A DNA stretch of 64,000 nt, taken from positions 64,001 to 128,000 of the forward strand of contig CAWCDG010000004.1 in assembly GCA_963794325.1 (NCBI GenBank), in the 5' to 3' direction. This DNA is from an uncultured delta proteobacterium. Its GTDB lineage: Bacteria; Desulfobacterota; Binatia; Binatales; Binataceae. The stretch's first letter is position 1; each line of letters opens with the position of its first letter. A model generated the notes under the pieces. It was not told the DNA's origin. It ran no database searches and worked only from the letters and a program-made list of their open reading frames with translations. This document shows positions 31,487 to 41,644 of this stretch, one piece after another. A program made the translations under genes and the position numbers.

Positions 31487-33072
31487 CCCGTGTCGCCGTC
31501 GGGGTTGCTCAGCACCAGCGCGAAGGGTCCGTTGCCCAAACCGGACGAATCGATCCCCGCCACTTCGATGTTCACGGTCCATTCACCGCACGCGGGTGAG
31601 GCGGGCGTCGGCAGCGCGACCATCCGGGCCGAGACGGTCTCCGGCGGAATCGACTGGAAGATGGTTCCGTAGCTCTGGTGGTTGACGGTGTGCACTACCC
31701 ATGGCTCGAGCATCAGCTCCAGTGACGCGTCGTCGAGAGCGACGCATCTGCCCGACCTCAGAAGGACGGTGAAGCCGTTGAACGCATTGTCGGCCGCATC
31801 GCACTCCGGCGGACTGTTCCCGACCGGGATACCGTTCTCGATGAAGGTAAACGCCATGTTGACCTGATCTGAATGAGTGGTCGAACGCGCTATCTGCAAG
31901 CGTTCGCTATTGGGCGCGAGCACGAAGGGCGTCGTCTGTAATTCGAATGCGCCAGCGTCGCAGAATAAAGGGTTGCCGGGGTCGGGACGCGGGAAGCCGC
32001 GCTGATCGGTGGTCACCGGCAGCGGCGTCGGCGACGACTGGTCGGTGCAACTCGACACCGGGATGAAATCTACGGCTTGGCTATTCGGCTCGAGTGCGAT
32101 GGTCTGCGTCGGACCGCCGTTGTTCTGCAAGCCCGCCGGGTCCAGATTCAGCGTCGTGCTGTTGTTGATGCTGGTGCCCGTCGGCGCCATCGTGAATCCG
32201 CAGCTATCATCATCCGAGATGTTGTAACCATCGTCGGTAACGGTTCCAAAGAACGTATCGCAATTACCGCCGCCCCCCTTGCTGTTGGCAAGCAGGGTGC
32301 TGCGCATGCTGGTGATCGCCGGATTCATGAACACACTAAGTGAGGAGAGCACTGCGCCCTCGCCCGCGTCGTTCCCGGAGAAGGTAGTGTTGGTGGTAGT
32401 CAGGGTTCCGGTGTCGTTGAAGATGGCGCCGCCCTCACCAGCCGAGGGTATGCCCATAATGAGGGGCGGGCCGGACTGGGCAGTATTGTCTGCGAACGTG
32501 CTGTTAATGATCGTAACTGTCCCGCCATTCATAAAAATCGCGCCGCCAGCGCCAGCGCCTGCACTCGCTCCTCCGGCGGTGTTATCGATGAAAGTGCAAT
32601 TCTCGATCTCCAGATTCGTCAGGTCCTCATATATCGCGCCGCCGTAGGCCATCGGGGCTCCTACGATTCCGTCGGCAAGCGTCAGGTTCTCAAGCGTGAG
32701 ATTCGTGGCGCCGACCGTTACAATCTGGGTCGCGTTGCCGCCACTGATTGTGATTCCCGGTGAACCAGCAGATCCCATGATTGCCAGTTGCGTGTCGGTG
32801 ATGTTCAGCGTGGCGGCGATGGCGATCGTGCCGGTCACGCTGAATTCTATCGTATCGTTGTTAGAGCTCCCCGCGGTGCACGAGCTCCCGCTGGGCGCAG
32901 CTTGGTTGTTGGCCGATTTGACCGCATCCTCCAGCGTGCACTCGCCAGCAACGTGTCCCGCAGACGTCGTATCGACGGTGATAGTGGCCGCTCGCGCCAT
33001 CGCCGACATCAGCAGGAAGAAGAGTGGAAACGTAACTGCCGCGAGCGTGTAGCGCCGATTTCGAGCTGCCAT
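31405..33072 (-). CDS. Secreted CSLREA-like/choice-of-anchor Q beta-helix protein, paralog 1
   Basis: Signal peptide, CTLEDAV, GGAI/FxxN repeats, LQNNGGPTQTIAL, TDQRGFPRP..CDAGAFE; extra C-terminal domain ending RRVRRR. Confidence 0.85.
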   Translation of the reverse strand: MAARNRRYTLAAVTFPLFFLLMSAMARAATITVDTTSAGHVAGECTLEDAVKSANNQAAPSGSSCTAGSSNNDTIEFSVTGTIAIAATLNITDTQLAIMGSAGSPGITISGGNATQIVTVGATNLTLENLTLADGIVGAPMAYGGAIYEDLTNLEIENCTFIDNTAGGASAGAGAGGAIFMNGGTVTIINSTFADNTAQSGPPLIMGIPSAGEGGAIFNDTGTLTTTNTTFSGNDAGEGAVLSSLSVFMNPAITSMRSTLLANSKGGGGNCDTFFGTVTDDGYNISDDDSCGFTMAPTGTSINNSTTLNLDPAGLQNNGGPTQTIALEPNSQAVDFIPVSSCTDQSSPTPLPVTTDQRGFPRPDPGNPLFCDAGAFELQTTPFVLAPNSERLQIARSTTHSDQVNMAFTFIENGIPVGNSPPECDAADNAFNGFTVLLRSGRCVALDDASLELMLEPWVVHTVNHQSYGTIFQSIPPETVSARMVALPTPASPACGEWTVNIEVAGIDSSGLGNGPFALVLSNPDGDTGCFDITNAIVGNQIPIPGHGVRRVRRR

Positions 33073-33212
33073 GGACCCCTCCCACGGCGCTTGGCGCCGC
33101 GTTAGCAACCGATCATCTGAACCTACTAGGCGGACAGCCTCTCAGAACAACTATCGACCGTCAACCAACCGCAGACGGAACCGCTCGTCCGTCGATTTGT
33201 TCGCGGCGATCG

Positions 33213-33346
33213 GCAATCGCAATCTTCCTGTTCGGCGAAGAACGCTGACCAAATCGAAGCTCCTTTAGCGCCGCCGCACCCGCCGGACGCCGTGGCCCGG
33301 TATCGGAATCTGATTGCCGACGATCGCGTTGGTGATGTCGAAGCAT
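33213..33346. repeat. 134-bp perfect direct repeat, copy 2, including a remnant of the lptG 3' end (AIAIFLFGEER*)
   Basis: Identical to 31353-31486 at a 1860-bp offset. Confidence 0.92.
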
Positions 33347-34815
33347 TGCTGACCGCCGTCGCCATTAAACAGAACCAGCGAAAACGGGCCATCGCCTAAA
33401 AGCATGGAATCGATGCCTGCGATCTCCAGGTTGAGAGTCCACTCACCGCACGCCGGAGGCGCTGGCTTCGGCAGTTCGACCATTCGGGCAGATACGGTTC
33501 CCGCCGGGGGAAACGAACCGAAAAGAGTTCCGTAGCTCTCTTTGTTGACCGTGTGCACTACCCAGGAACGCAGAAAGAATGCGATAGACCCATTCTCGAC
33601 CGCACAGGTTCCTGATACAAAAACCACAAAGAAGCCGTTGAATGCATCGGTGCCCTCGTCGCACGTCGGGAAACCATTCTCGATGAAGGTAAACGCGGTG
33701 TTGATCTGATCTAAACCTGGTGGATTCGTAGAGCGCGCTATCTGCAACCTTTCGCTGTTCGGCGCGATTGCGAAAGGCATCGTCGTCAATTCGAATGCGC
33801 CGGCGTCGCAGAAGTTGGGATTGCCCGGATCGGGCCGTGGCAGCCCGCGCTGATCGGTGGTCAGCGGTTGCGGCATTGCCGATTGGTCGGTGCAACTCGC
33901 CACCGGAATGAAATCCACCGCCCCGCTGTCGGATTCGAGCGCGATTGTCTTCGTCGGCCCGCCGTTGTTCTGCAATCCCGTAGGATCCAGATTCAGGTTG
34001 GAGAAATTATTTTTGCTCGTAGCTGCGCTGAAGCAGCCACTCGTGTCATCGGAAAGGTTATAGCCCTCATCGTTGGTAACGGCTGAGGTCCCACAATTTC
34101 CGCCGGTACTGGCCGCGAAGATCGTGCTCTTGACGTCGGTGGTTCCGCTGAACGTGTAAAGTGCTCCGCCCTTCACCGCTTCGTTCCCGGAGAAGGTGCT
34201 GTTGGTGATCTTCAGGAGGGAACCGGCGTTACCGACGCCGCCACCCTCCAAAGTGCCATCATTGCTGGCAAAAGTGCTGTTCGTGATTGTGACGGTACCG
34301 GCTGACGCCTCGACTGCCCCACCAATCTCACCTGCGTCGTTGTTGTTGAAGGTGCAATTGTCAATCTCGAGCGCGGTCCCATCGCCATCAATGGCGCCAC
34401 CGCCGCCTGAGGTGGACCCGTGGGCGAACGTCAGGTTTGTCAGAGTGACCGTGGTGCCCGTGTCAGCTTTCACTATCTCGTGAGAGCTGCTGCCGTCGAT
34501 CGTGATGCCGCCAGCCGGACCCGTGATAGTCAGTTGTGTGTCGGTTATGTCGAGCAGGGCAGCGGTCGAGATCGTACCGGTCACGCTGAAGGTTATCGCG
34601 TTAGCACCGCTCCCCGCGATGCAGTTCTTGACCGTCCCACCTGCGTTTGCCGCTGCGACCGCGTCAGTCAGGCTGCACGGGCCTGGAACACTCTCGGTAC
34701 CGCCGTCGAGCGTATTAACCACGATAGAGGCAGCGCGCGCGAACCCCGACATCGCGAGGAACAAAACCGGCAGCACGATTGCTGCAATCGCAACGCTTCG
34801 AATTCGATCTGCCAT
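33265..34815 (-). CDS. Secreted CSLREA-like/choice-of-anchor Q beta-helix protein, paralog 2
   Basis: ATG 34815 after GGGGAGGGG; CSLTDAV, GGAI repeats, NNGGPTKTIAL, TDQRGLPRP..CDAGAFE; same C-terminal domain as paralog 1. Confidence 0.85.
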   Translation of the reverse strand: MADRIRSVAIAAIVLPVLFLAMSGFARAASIVVNTLDGGTESVPGPCSLTDAVAAANAGGTVKNCIAGSGANAITFSVTGTISTAALLDITDTQLTITGPAGGITIDGSSSHEIVKADTGTTVTLTNLTFAHGSTSGGGGAIDGDGTALEIDNCTFNNNDAGEIGGAVEASAGTVTITNSTFASNDGTLEGGGVGNAGSLLKITNSTFSGNEAVKGGALYTFSGTTDVKSTIFAASTGGNCGTSAVTNDEGYNLSDDTSGCFSAATSKNNFSNLNLDPTGLQNNGGPTKTIALESDSGAVDFIPVASCTDQSAMPQPLTTDQRGLPRPDPGNPNFCDAGAFELTTMPFAIAPNSERLQIARSTNPPGLDQINTAFTFIENGFPTCDEGTDAFNGFFVVFVSGTCAVENGSIAFFLRSWVVHTVNKESYGTLFGSFPPAGTVSARMVELPKPAPPACGEWTLNLEIAGIDSMLLGDGPFSLVLFNGDGGQQCFDITNAIVGNQIPIPGHGVRRVRRR

Positions 34816-34972
34816 GGACCCCTCCCCGCGGCGCGTATAGCCGCGTTGGCAAATTTCGGCCGGTAAGCTGCCCTTAGAGCGTTCGGCACAATCTCGCATC
34901 GCGTCAAGCTACTGTCAATTTACAATGTACAGAGGAAGACAAACCGGCACGAAACTGCACTGGGGAAGAGTG

Positions 34973-35539
34973 TCAGCCGCGGCTGCGTGAGGCGCGGGCG
35001 CGGGCGACGATTTCCTCGACGACTGCGGTCTTGGCGTCGGCGTAGTTCTGCACGTATTTCCAGGTACGTTGCGCCAGCTCGCGCTTGGCACGCTCGTAGA
35101 GTTTCCGGTCCGCATCGTTGACGCGCAGCCAGTCGCGGAACATCAGCATCTTGTCCATCTCGGGGCATCCGAACGAATAGACGTGCAGATTGATGTTGGT
35201 GTCGGGGCCTTTGAAAAGCCGATGCTGATGCCATTCGGGCTCGCGGATGCGGAGCACGTAGCCCGCTGACTCCATCGCAGGCACGTATGCCGGTTCGTCG
35301 GCAGAATCCGCGACCGCGAGAATCATATCGATGATGGGCTTGGCGGCGAGCCCTGGCACCGAGGTCGATCCGACATGCTCGAGCATCAGGACGCGGTCGC
35401 CGAGCGTCCCGCGGATGCGATCCGCCTCGCGAATGAAGAGCGCAGGCCATTCAGCGCTGTACTCGACCAGCTGAATCGGCGCGTTATGCTCCCGCATCTC
35501 GCCGATGTGCGCCGCCCGCATCTCTTCTTCAGTAGCCAC
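34973..35539 (-). CDS. GrpB/UPF0157 family nucleotidyltransferase-like protein
   Basis: EHVGSTSVPGLAAKPIID, NLHV, FRDWLR..DRKLYERAK, YADAK. Confidence 0.92.
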   Translation of the reverse strand: MATEEEMRAAHIGEMREHNAPIQLVEYSAEWPALFIREADRIRGTLGDRVLMLEHVGSTSVPGLAAKPIIDMILAVADSADEPAYVPAMESAGYVLRIREPEWHQHRLFKGPDTNINLHVYSFGCPEMDKMLMFRDWLRVNDADRKLYERAKRELAQRTWKYVQNYADAKTAVVEEIVARARASRSRG

Positions 35540-35723
35540 GTTTGGTTAACCTCGACTCATCGCCTGACAGCGATCAGCAAGACTCTAAACTCAGATCGTG
35601 CGGATTTAAACGCCACCTCCCGGGTGAACCTTGCTTGAGGAGTGCTGGGCCTGTAAAACAGTCGGCGCTGACGAATTTTTTCTTCTGCTCTGGGTCGGCT
35701 CATGGCTTCTGAGGAGGGATCGG

Positions 35724-36482
35724 ATGCGACGGTTGGTTCTCGTGCTCGTGATCGTTTCGATCGCCAGCGCGGCGTCCGGTTACGAATATCCTCTGCAGTT
35801 CAGTACGCCTGCGGGCGGTCGTAATACCTTCGTTGCTGGATACTACTTCGTAAACAACACCGTTGTCGGCGATTGCAGCTACTACACGCAGGGCGGATGT
35901 TCCGGGCGCGGCTGCCATCCACCGCCGCCCACCTACTACTACAACACCTGCACCTGGGATCTGTACGGCAACCTGCTGAGCACGGTCAGCGGCGCGCCAC
36001 CACAACCTGCTCCGCTGTATACGGTGAACACTGAGACCGTTTATGCCAGCGGCTTCAGCACCACGGGGCGCGACAGCAGAAATTTCGGATTCGTCGCAAC
36101 GCCGTCGTCTCACTACACCTGGCAGACCAACAACGTGTATGCCGACATTCCCGACGCGCCTTACATGGTCCAGGCCACTCTCACTATTGACGGCGACTAC
36201 GCGCTCAACCTGAGCAACGCCACAGTGACGCCGCAAATTTACGGGACGGTAACGCCTAGCGCAGGCAGCGCGAGTGTCACCGGGAACACGTGCCAACAGG
36301 TATTTCCGGGTGCGACGTGCACGATCACGGTCACCTACGATCCAACCGCGATTATGTGCACGGCATCGCCGTACGGCTACGCCTACACCGGGATCGATCT
36401 TTCATTGACTACGGATTCGGGCGCGACCACGGATTTCATCGAGCGCTTCACGGTGACGGGCGTACCGATCTGCAACGATTGA
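35724..36482 (+). CDS. Secreted Cys/Tyr-rich protein with C-terminal ASH-like Ig domain
   Basis: ATG 35724 after GAGGAGG, signal peptide, NTCQQVFPGATCTITVTYDPT. Confidence 0.75.
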   Translation: MRRLVLVLVIVSIASAASGYEYPLQFSTPAGGRNTFVAGYYFVNNTVVGDCSYYTQGGCSGRGCHPPPPTYYYNTCTWDLYGNLLSTVSGAPPQPAPLYTVNTETVYASGFSTTGRDSRNFGFVATPSSHYTWQTNNVYADIPDAPYMVQATLTIDGDYALNLSNATVTPQIYGTVTPSAGSASVTGNTCQQVFPGATCTITVTYDPTAIMCTASPYGYAYTGIDLSLTTDSGATTDFIERFTVTGVPICND

Positions 36483-36485
36483 GCT

Positions 36486-38805
36486 ATGAATCGGCATAAG
36501 AATAGATTCGCTGCCCTCTTGCTCGTTGTGATTTTGCCGATCGCAATCGTTGGAGCGGACCGGGGTTGTATTTGCCAGGACTGCTGTGGAATTCCAGCCG
36601 CGGAAGATACTCAGCTTCGGGAACGTCAATGTGGGCGCCACGAGTTCTCAGCAGACAGAGACCATGACCAATCTGTCCGCCACGACCGCGATCGTTATAA
36701 AGGGCATTGCGGTGGCGCCGCCGTTCATCGAGGTTGGTACTACCTGTGGCAGCTCGATCCCGGCCAAAGGCAAATGCTCCGTGAGCATCGTTTTCAAGCC
36801 AGCCAGCGCCGGAATGATAAAGAAGAAGAAAGGACTGAGCCTCAGCTATTCCGCGCAAAGGGGCACGCAATACATCGAACTCGAAGGTCGCGGAGTAATC
36901 GGGCCGACCTCGACACCAACGGCAACTCCGACAGCAACTCCGACGGCTACGCCGACTCCTACTGCGACTTCGACCGCGACCCCAACGGCAACGCCGACCG
37001 ATACCGAAGACGGCACTCCGAAACCAACCCCGACGGCAACCGCGACTGCAACCGCTACCACCACTGCGACTGCAACGGCCACGTCGACGGCGCCAACCGC
37101 GACGCCCACCCCTTCACTGACCGGCCTGTTGATCGGGGGCGGCGATCAGGGCGGCCAGCTTGGTGGATTGAGCCTTGCGAATTCGGCGATATCGAGCGGC
37201 GGCGCGCAAGTCTTCGACGCCGGCCTCGGCAGCTTCGAGTCCGTGGGCAGCATGACCGCTGCGCGGGAATCGGCGGCGATAGTTGAGCTGCCGAACAATA
37301 CCAGCCTGATCGTCGGCGGTCAGAAATGCATCCCCGCCACTATCAGCAGCGTCTCCGGCTTTGAATGCACGGCGCTGCAGACCGCTGAGCTCTACAACCG
37401 GAACACGAAGACATTCACGCTCGCCGGCAGCGGCAGCGGCGGATTGATGACATTGGCGCGCGCCGGCGCGAGCGCGACTCTGATTCAGGGCAGCGGTACG
37501 TTGCTGGACGGGCAAGTGCTGATCGTTGGCGGATCGACCGGGCAATCGTTCATCGGTACCTCGTCGCCCGCAAACGCGCCCGCGGGGCAGGTCGCCGTGG
37601 ACACCGCTGAGTTGTACAACCCGGCGACCGACGCTTTCACTGCGACCGGCTCGATTCCGGGATGCGCGCCGGGCGTGGCGGTATGCGCGGGCCTGCCTTC
37701 GGTATGCGCGGGGGCTTCGAGCGCGATCTCGTCGACGTCGGAGAGCGGAACGACGGTAACCGTCACCATGACAACGGCTAATCCGGCCGGACTAAGCGTC
37801 GGCAACAGCGTGACGATCGCCGGCGTCGGTGTCGCTGGATACAACGGGACCTTCACCGCAACTGCGATCGGAAGCGCAAGCAGCTTCCAATACGTGGCGG
37901 CGGCGTCTGGATTGGGAGGAAGCTCCGGCGGAACGGCGGCCGCGGACACGGCGCAGTGCGGTTTGATGAATCATGCGGCGGTGCTTATCCCGAATGATGG
38001 CGGCAAGGTGTTGGTGGCGGGCGGCGATTTGATTGCGTCGCTTGGCCAGGCATCGAACCTGTCGTTCATCTTCGACCCGGCAACGCAGAAGTTCTCGGCC
38101 ACGACAGGCTCGATGGGAACACCGCGCGAACAGTTCGCGCTGGTCGCGATGGATCCGGCAGTGGTGACGGGAGCGCTGTCAGGACAGGTAGTGGCGTTCG
38201 GCGGAATCGAGGCGAACAGCGCGACCTGCATCAGCGGCGATATAGCAGCGACCACGCTTGATACTGCCGAAGTATTCGACCCGGCGACGCAGACGTGGAG
38301 CGGAACTTCGAATGTGATGGGCATCAGGCGCGCGACGGCGGCAACTCTGCTCGAGGTCGGCAGTCTTGCGGGCGAGGTTATCCTGCCCGGCGGCCTCGAT
38401 ATCGAAGCGGGCACGTTGCCGTCGAGCTGTGTCGCGACAGGATCGCTAACGCAGGCCGCGCAGAATGCGACCGACCTTTACGATCCGGGCAGTGGGACAG
38501 GCGGCACTTTCAGTGCGACGGGTTCGCTCAATCAGCCACGAGGGGGTCAAAGCCAGGGCATGATCGGAGCGGGCCCCGACGCGACCGACGTACTGGCAGT
38601 CGGCGGTGCCTGCACGACCGCAACGCCGGGTATGCAGTCGGCGGTCATTGGCACGTCGCAGGCGACGCTAACCTGCGGCACCGCAAACGCACAAAACGAT
38701 TACTCGGAGTTCTACAGCCAGTCGACCAAGCTATGGACAGTAGGCCCCGGCCCCGCCGCCGCCTTCACCCCCACCAACGGCGCAGCCACAGCAGCGTTGC
38801 CGTAA
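36486..38805 (+). CDS. Secreted Kelch-repeat protein with N-terminal ASH domain and PT linker (frameshifted near 36558)
   Basis: Signal peptide in the 36486 frame joins the 36550 ORF if one G at about 36558 is removed; LSFGNVNVG, (TPTAT)n, VLIVGG..AELYNP Kelch repeats. Confidence 0.82.
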
Positions 38806-38927
38806 TCAAATCCCCGCCGCGCTCCAGGAGTCCGCAGAACTGATGCTCGCCGACAGGCTCGATGTCGTCCTCCTCGGTCCCGTTGCCATTTGTCGCAACC
38901 CGCAGCGAAGCCGATTTGATCCGACTT

Positions 38928-39713
38928 TCATCGCAGAAGAATGCCGCCCGGTCGAAGCAGCTTGAACCGCTCGATCATCCTCTTTTCTCGCGACGCGAGC
39001 CCGCCGACAAGCAGAGCCATTATCAAATATTCGAGGTCAAGGAGTTCGTGCATCAGCTTTTCGAGGCTCGGCTGGATCTTAACTCCATAACTGGCAAAAA
39101 AGTCGAGCCCAGCGAGTAGCTGAACTTGAATCCATCGAAAGAATGCCCACTGCTCATCGATCAGCTCTGGTTCAGGCCAAGGAGGAACTCGGTGATTTCT
39201 ATAGAATCCTCGGATGTCTTCGCGATCGTCGCGAATTTGCAGTGACAGTTCGCGCACTCTGTTGGACATTTCGGTCTGGGGTGCATCGTTGAACGCTGGG
39301 AGAGTTTTGAAGTCGCGCCAAATCGCGATCATGTCATCGAGTCTCTTCTCAAACTCCACCGTCCTTCCACTAGCGATCTCTTTGGTCTAACTGTCTAGCT
39401 CAAAAAAACGTCCGCCTTCACGGAGTTTCGGATTGAGAGTGACCCTCTTCCCCACGAGAACCTGCGACGCGGGCCTAAGTTTCTGTGCTTCCGCTCGGAA
39501 CATCTCACCGATTCCGGGAAGTAGTATCAGACTCTTTTCGATGCTTTTGAGCTTAACGAGGTTCGCAAGCCTCCACTCGTCCCACTTTCGAAAATGCTCG
39601 TACCAAAAAGCATCGACGATACCGAATATCCATCCGTTCTGGACGTAATAGCGCAACTGCGCCGGGCTCACGCCTTGTAGGAAACTCTTATCCAGCACCA
39701 CGAAGGACCGCAT
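38928..39713 (-). pseudogene. PIN-like domain protein interrupted by an in-frame TAG (39387-39389)
   Basis: ORFs 39387-39749 and 38928-39359 share a frame; VVLDKSFL N-terminal and HELLDLEY..A..GGLASREK C-terminal PIN-like motifs; visibly lower GC. Confidence 0.55.
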
Positions 39714-39857
39714 GGGTCCACTGGTTGCCTCAATGTTGAAAAAAATCACGGCTCGCGAGCGAAACGATGACTCAATCAGACGAATTCCAAATCTGAGACA
39801 ATCCTAGGCTCGCCCACAGCAAGAGCGGACGGCTGCTTGGTTTAATCAAATCGGGGA

Positions 39858-40937
39858 TCAGCCGCCGATTTGGTACATCGAGCGGTCTTGGGTTGAGCGG
39901 CCTTCCAGGAGGTGGTGGCCGGTGGGCTTTAGTTCGACGGCGCGTTTCAGGATTCGTGCGACGTCGGCGATCACATCAGCCGAATTCGAGCGCAGCGCTT
40001 TGCGGACGTCGAGCTCGTCGTCGTTGAGCAGGCACAGGTGGAATTTTCCGTCGGCCGTCAGGCGCATCCGGTTGCAGGTGCCGCAGTACGGCTCGCTGAC
40101 CGGGCTGATGAAACCGATCACGCCGCGCGCGCCCTCGAGATGATAGTTGCGCGATTCGTCGGCGAGGTTTTCGGTGGGGAGTTCAGTCAGCGGGCCGAGT
40201 GCCGACTCGATTCTGCGCCGCGTTTCGATGTTCGAGACGTAACGCTTCATCGACAACGTCGCGCATTCGCCGCCGCCCAGCGGCATCAGCTCGATAAATC
40301 GGACGTGCCAGTCGCGCTCGACGGTCAGCCGTGCGAGTTCGACGACATCGGATTCGTTGTAGCCGGCAGTCACCACCGAGTTGAGCTTAATCGGCGTGAG
40401 TCCCGCCTCTTCCGCCGCGACGATTCCGCGCCAGATTTTCTCGAAGCTGCCCCATCGCATCTGCCGCTCGACGGTCGCGGGATCCAGGCTGTCGAGATGC
40501 ACATTGATACGATTCAGGCCTGCGCGTTTAAGCGCGGGCGCAAGCTCGGTGAGCAGCAGCGCGTTGGTGGTCAGCGCCAGGCCGTGAACGCCGTCCACCC
40601 GCGCGAGGCGCTCGACGATCTCTACCAGGTCAAGCCGCAGCGTCGGCTCGCCGCCGGTCAGCCGAAATTTCCGAAAGCCAACGCTGACTGCGGCGCGCGC
40701 GACGGTCTCGAACTCCGCCGGCGTCAACAGCTCGTCCTTCGGCAGGAAGCGCAAGCCTTCGAGCGGCATGCAGTAGACGCATCGCAGATTGCATGCGTCG
40801 ATCACCGACAGCCGGAGGTAATCTATCTCACGATTGAACGAGTCGCGGGGCACAAGAACATAGTTATCGGACGCGCCTGCGCGAAACAACGTGGCGCCGG
40901 CGAAGCGCTCAATCTTGCCAATTTGCTCGCGGCGCAT
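39858..40937 (-). CDS. moaA: GTP 3',8-cyclase (molybdenum cofactor biosynthesis)
   Basis: YLRLSV..CNLRCVYC radical-SAM motif, RLTGGEP, CGTCNR.RLTADG..LC, C-terminal IGG. Confidence 0.96.
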   Translation of the reverse strand: MRREQIGKIERFAGATLFRAGASDNYVLVPRDSFNREIDYLRLSVIDACNLRCVYCMPLEGLRFLPKDELLTPAEFETVARAAVSVGFRKFRLTGGEPTLRLDLVEIVERLARVDGVHGLALTTNALLLTELAPALKRAGLNRINVHLDSLDPATVERQMRWGSFEKIWRGIVAAEEAGLTPIKLNSVVTAGYNESDVVELARLTVERDWHVRFIELMPLGGGECATLSMKRYVSNIETRRRIESALGPLTELPTENLADESRNYHLEGARGVIGFISPVSEPYCGTCNRMRLTADGKFHLCLLNDDELDVRKALRSNSADVIADVARILKRAVELKPTGHHLLEGRSTQDRSMYQIGG

Positions 40938-40973
40938 ATTATCATTGGTACCGTGGTGAACAGTGGTGGGAAC

Positions 40974-41630
40974 ATGATTTGTAGATTGGTCGGGAAGTCG
41001 CGATTGAGCCTGGCGCTCGCGATCGCGATCGTTTCATTGAGCGTTCTGGCGATGGAACCGTTGAGCTACGCCGCCGAATCCAATCGCGCGGAGTCTGACG
41101 CAGTCGTAACCGAGGCGGAAAAGCTGGTGATGCAAGCCGGCAAAGCCGATCCGGTCGACTCGAAATTGATTCACCAGGCGATTGACAAGCTGCATGTCGC
41201 GCTGAAAATCGATCCACGCAACGACGCGGCATACGTGGACCTCGGCTTCTGCTACGGGGTGCTGCGCGACGGCGAAACCGCGGTCGATATGTATCGTACC
41301 GCGACCGAGCTGAATCCGTCGGGCAACAATTTCATCGAACTGGCGGACATTTATATGCGCGTCGGCGACACCGAAGACGCGCTGCTCGCGGCCAATGCCG
41401 GACTGATCAAGGATCCTTCCAACGCGCGGCTCTACAACGCCAAAGGCATGGCGCTGAACGACTTGCAGCGTTTCGGCGAAGCCGAAGAAGCGTGGGAGGA
41501 GGCTCTCAAGCTGAACCCCAACCTGAAAGTCGCACAGGCAAATCTGGAAGCATTAAACGCCGGACCCAGCGGCCGCGGCAGCATCAGCAAGCATTCGGCC
41601 AAAGCGCCGGCATCCAGCACGACGCAGTAG
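40974..41630 (+). CDS. Secreted tetratricopeptide-repeat protein
   Basis: ATG 40974, signal peptide, TPR units (AYVDLGFCY, LYNAKGMAL, ALKLNPN). Confidence 0.85.
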   Translation: MICRLVGKSRLSLALAIAIVSLSVLAMEPLSYAAESNRAESDAVVTEAEKLVMQAGKADPVDSKLIHQAIDKLHVALKIDPRNDAAYVDLGFCYGVLRDGETAVDMYRTATELNPSGNNFIELADIYMRVGDTEDALLAANAGLIKDPSNARLYNAKGMALNDLQRFGEAEEAWEEALKLNPNLKVAQANLEALNAGPSGRGSISKHSAKAPASSTTQ

Positions 41631-41644
41631 AAAGCCTCAACCAA

